Positions 62,566-64,000 of a stretch of DNA of 64,000 nt are shown here, in pieces. The DNA lies in the NCBI RefSeq assembly GCF_902713615.1, contig NC_052162.1, positions 99,272,559 through 99,336,558 on the forward strand, read 5' to 3'. A model generated the notes under the pieces. The model ran no database searches. It was given only the letters and a program-made list of their open reading frames with translations, and had not been told where the DNA came from. The position numbers and the translations under genes were made by a program. Position 1 is the first letter of the stretch. Every line of letters starts with the position of its first letter. Source of the DNA: Scyliorhinus canicula. Lineage: Eukaryota.

Positions 62566-63768
62566 AGAAATACCATAGAATAGAATCAGAATACCTATAA
62601 TGCCATTCGGGCCATTGAGTTTGCACCAACCCTCTGAAAGAGCACCTTACCTAGGCACACGCCAACACCCTATCCTCGTAACCCCAACTAACCTGCACAT
62701 CTTTGGACCTGTCAAAAATATATTAATTATCCTCTTAGAAGCTCTGACCTTTGGTTTAATTGCCTCCGTGGTCAGCTTTTTACCATGTGAAGAAATTAGC
62801 GCTTAGATTTTCCCCGCCGGTTTCTTGAGAGGCCGAAATCCTGTACAATGCATAACGCAAGGTTCTGCTGAGCTTGGGTGTCCAGGCAAGAGATCCCGAC
62901 CTACCACTTTCTTGTGAACCTCTCCGCATATATCTTAATCATACATTTCACTGTTTCATCCAAATTAAATCTCTACCCCAGTGTACTAGGTCTTTGTAGG
63001 ATCACAGAATTTCAGCACAGGTCTAGGTGGCTCAGCAATTTGTGCTGCACTCACTCTTCAGCTGTGCTGGTGAATCTAAACCTGCACACACACACACACA
63101 CACACACACATACAGACAAAAAGGCCAGCTGCCCCATCAAGCCTGCTCCATACCACAGTGACGCCTGAAGCATCGTAACTTCATAACTCATTACCAGCAA
63201 CCATCCAAGTTTCTGGGAGAAAGGATAAAGCAGATAAAAAGCTAATTAGGGACATAAAATTCGGAAATTCTTCTCTGAGCCCCATCGACAATCAAAATCT
63301 CATCTGGGTGACCACATCCACCGTGTTTAAATGACCAGATATTCAACCCTCACCACAGCTAGGAATTGGCACTTCTTTCTCAATATTTACAACAAATCAG
63401 CATTTACCACAATCTGGCAACTCATTCCAGGCATTGACTATCACCTGGGAAAAGAAGATCCCAACATTTAATCTGGCCCTTTCCCCACCACCTTTAACAT
63501 TCCTTTCCAAACCCTACCCAGTCTCCTTTTATGTAATGTTCAAGACTCCTTGCCTAAACACCTGTTTGTAGCAAGCAAATCCCTTTCTAATAACCCCTCA
63601 TGTTGATATTGAATGTCACTTTAGGATCACTTTGCATACCTTGGGTCACACTTTGTAGAACTATCAGACGCTGTGGAACATCATGAGTACAGAGGTAGAG
63701 GAGAGGAGAATGTAAATGCAGTGGCAGTGGATGAGCTGACTGACTTTCTATAATTTCCATTCACACAG

Positions 63769-63902
63769 CGGATGGTCGCCACGGCATCGTGCGAGTGGAC
63801 AAGCAGCCCTTGGCTGCGAAGTTAGTGGATCTGCCTTGTATCATCGAATCCCTCAAGACCATCGATAAAAAGACGTTCTATAAAACCGCTGATCTGTGTC
63901 AG
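63769..63902 (+). CDS. TAF7: TAF7/TAF7L exon ([45 protein letters not shown]); gene continues beyond the window
   Basis: cacag acceptor, CAG|gtgtgg donor; TAFII55 N-terminal domain signature. Confidence 0.96.
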
Positions 63903-64000
63903 GTGTGGTTATCCCTTATTTATAACAATATAAATTTGGATCAGAAGTGACAGCAATGAACAAGTAGTCCGTATCTAAAGGGCAAGTGACTATTTGTTTC

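Overview
Vertebrate genomic DNA, most likely from a cartilaginous fish (shark; the SINE/CR1 repeat content looks catshark-like, an inference). Splice-aware reading by eye gives four genes. (1) The last coding exon of BTK (+, 9827-9907). (2) A complete two-exon TIMM8A (+, 12479-12595 and 27969-28127, 91 aa). (3) A NIPA2-like magnesium transporter on the minus strand (five firm coding exons 31042-49441 plus a probable first coding exon 51031-51082, about 384 aa). (4) The 5' part of an intron-containing TAF7/TAF7L gene (+, exons 58719-58801, 60964-61042, 63769-63902), head-to-head with the NIPA gene across a CpG/ETS-rich promoter near 51.8-52.0 kb. The order BTK-TIMM8A-TAF7L matches human Xq22, but I know of no NIPA gene there in human. 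It may be the fourth 2R ohnolog of the Tec-kinase/NIPA paralogon (TEC/TXK-NIPAL1, ITK-CYFIP2-NIPAL4, CYFIP1-NIPA2). The rest is repeats: tRNA-derived V-SINEs with swappable tails, a short SINE, CR1 and L1 fragments, hAT and PIF/Harbinger-like MITEs, LTR fragments, inverted-repeat elements with hammerhead-like remnants, and several intronic minisatellites. Most ORFs in the supplied track are repeat artefacts. No database search was run; identifications rest on recalled family sequences.
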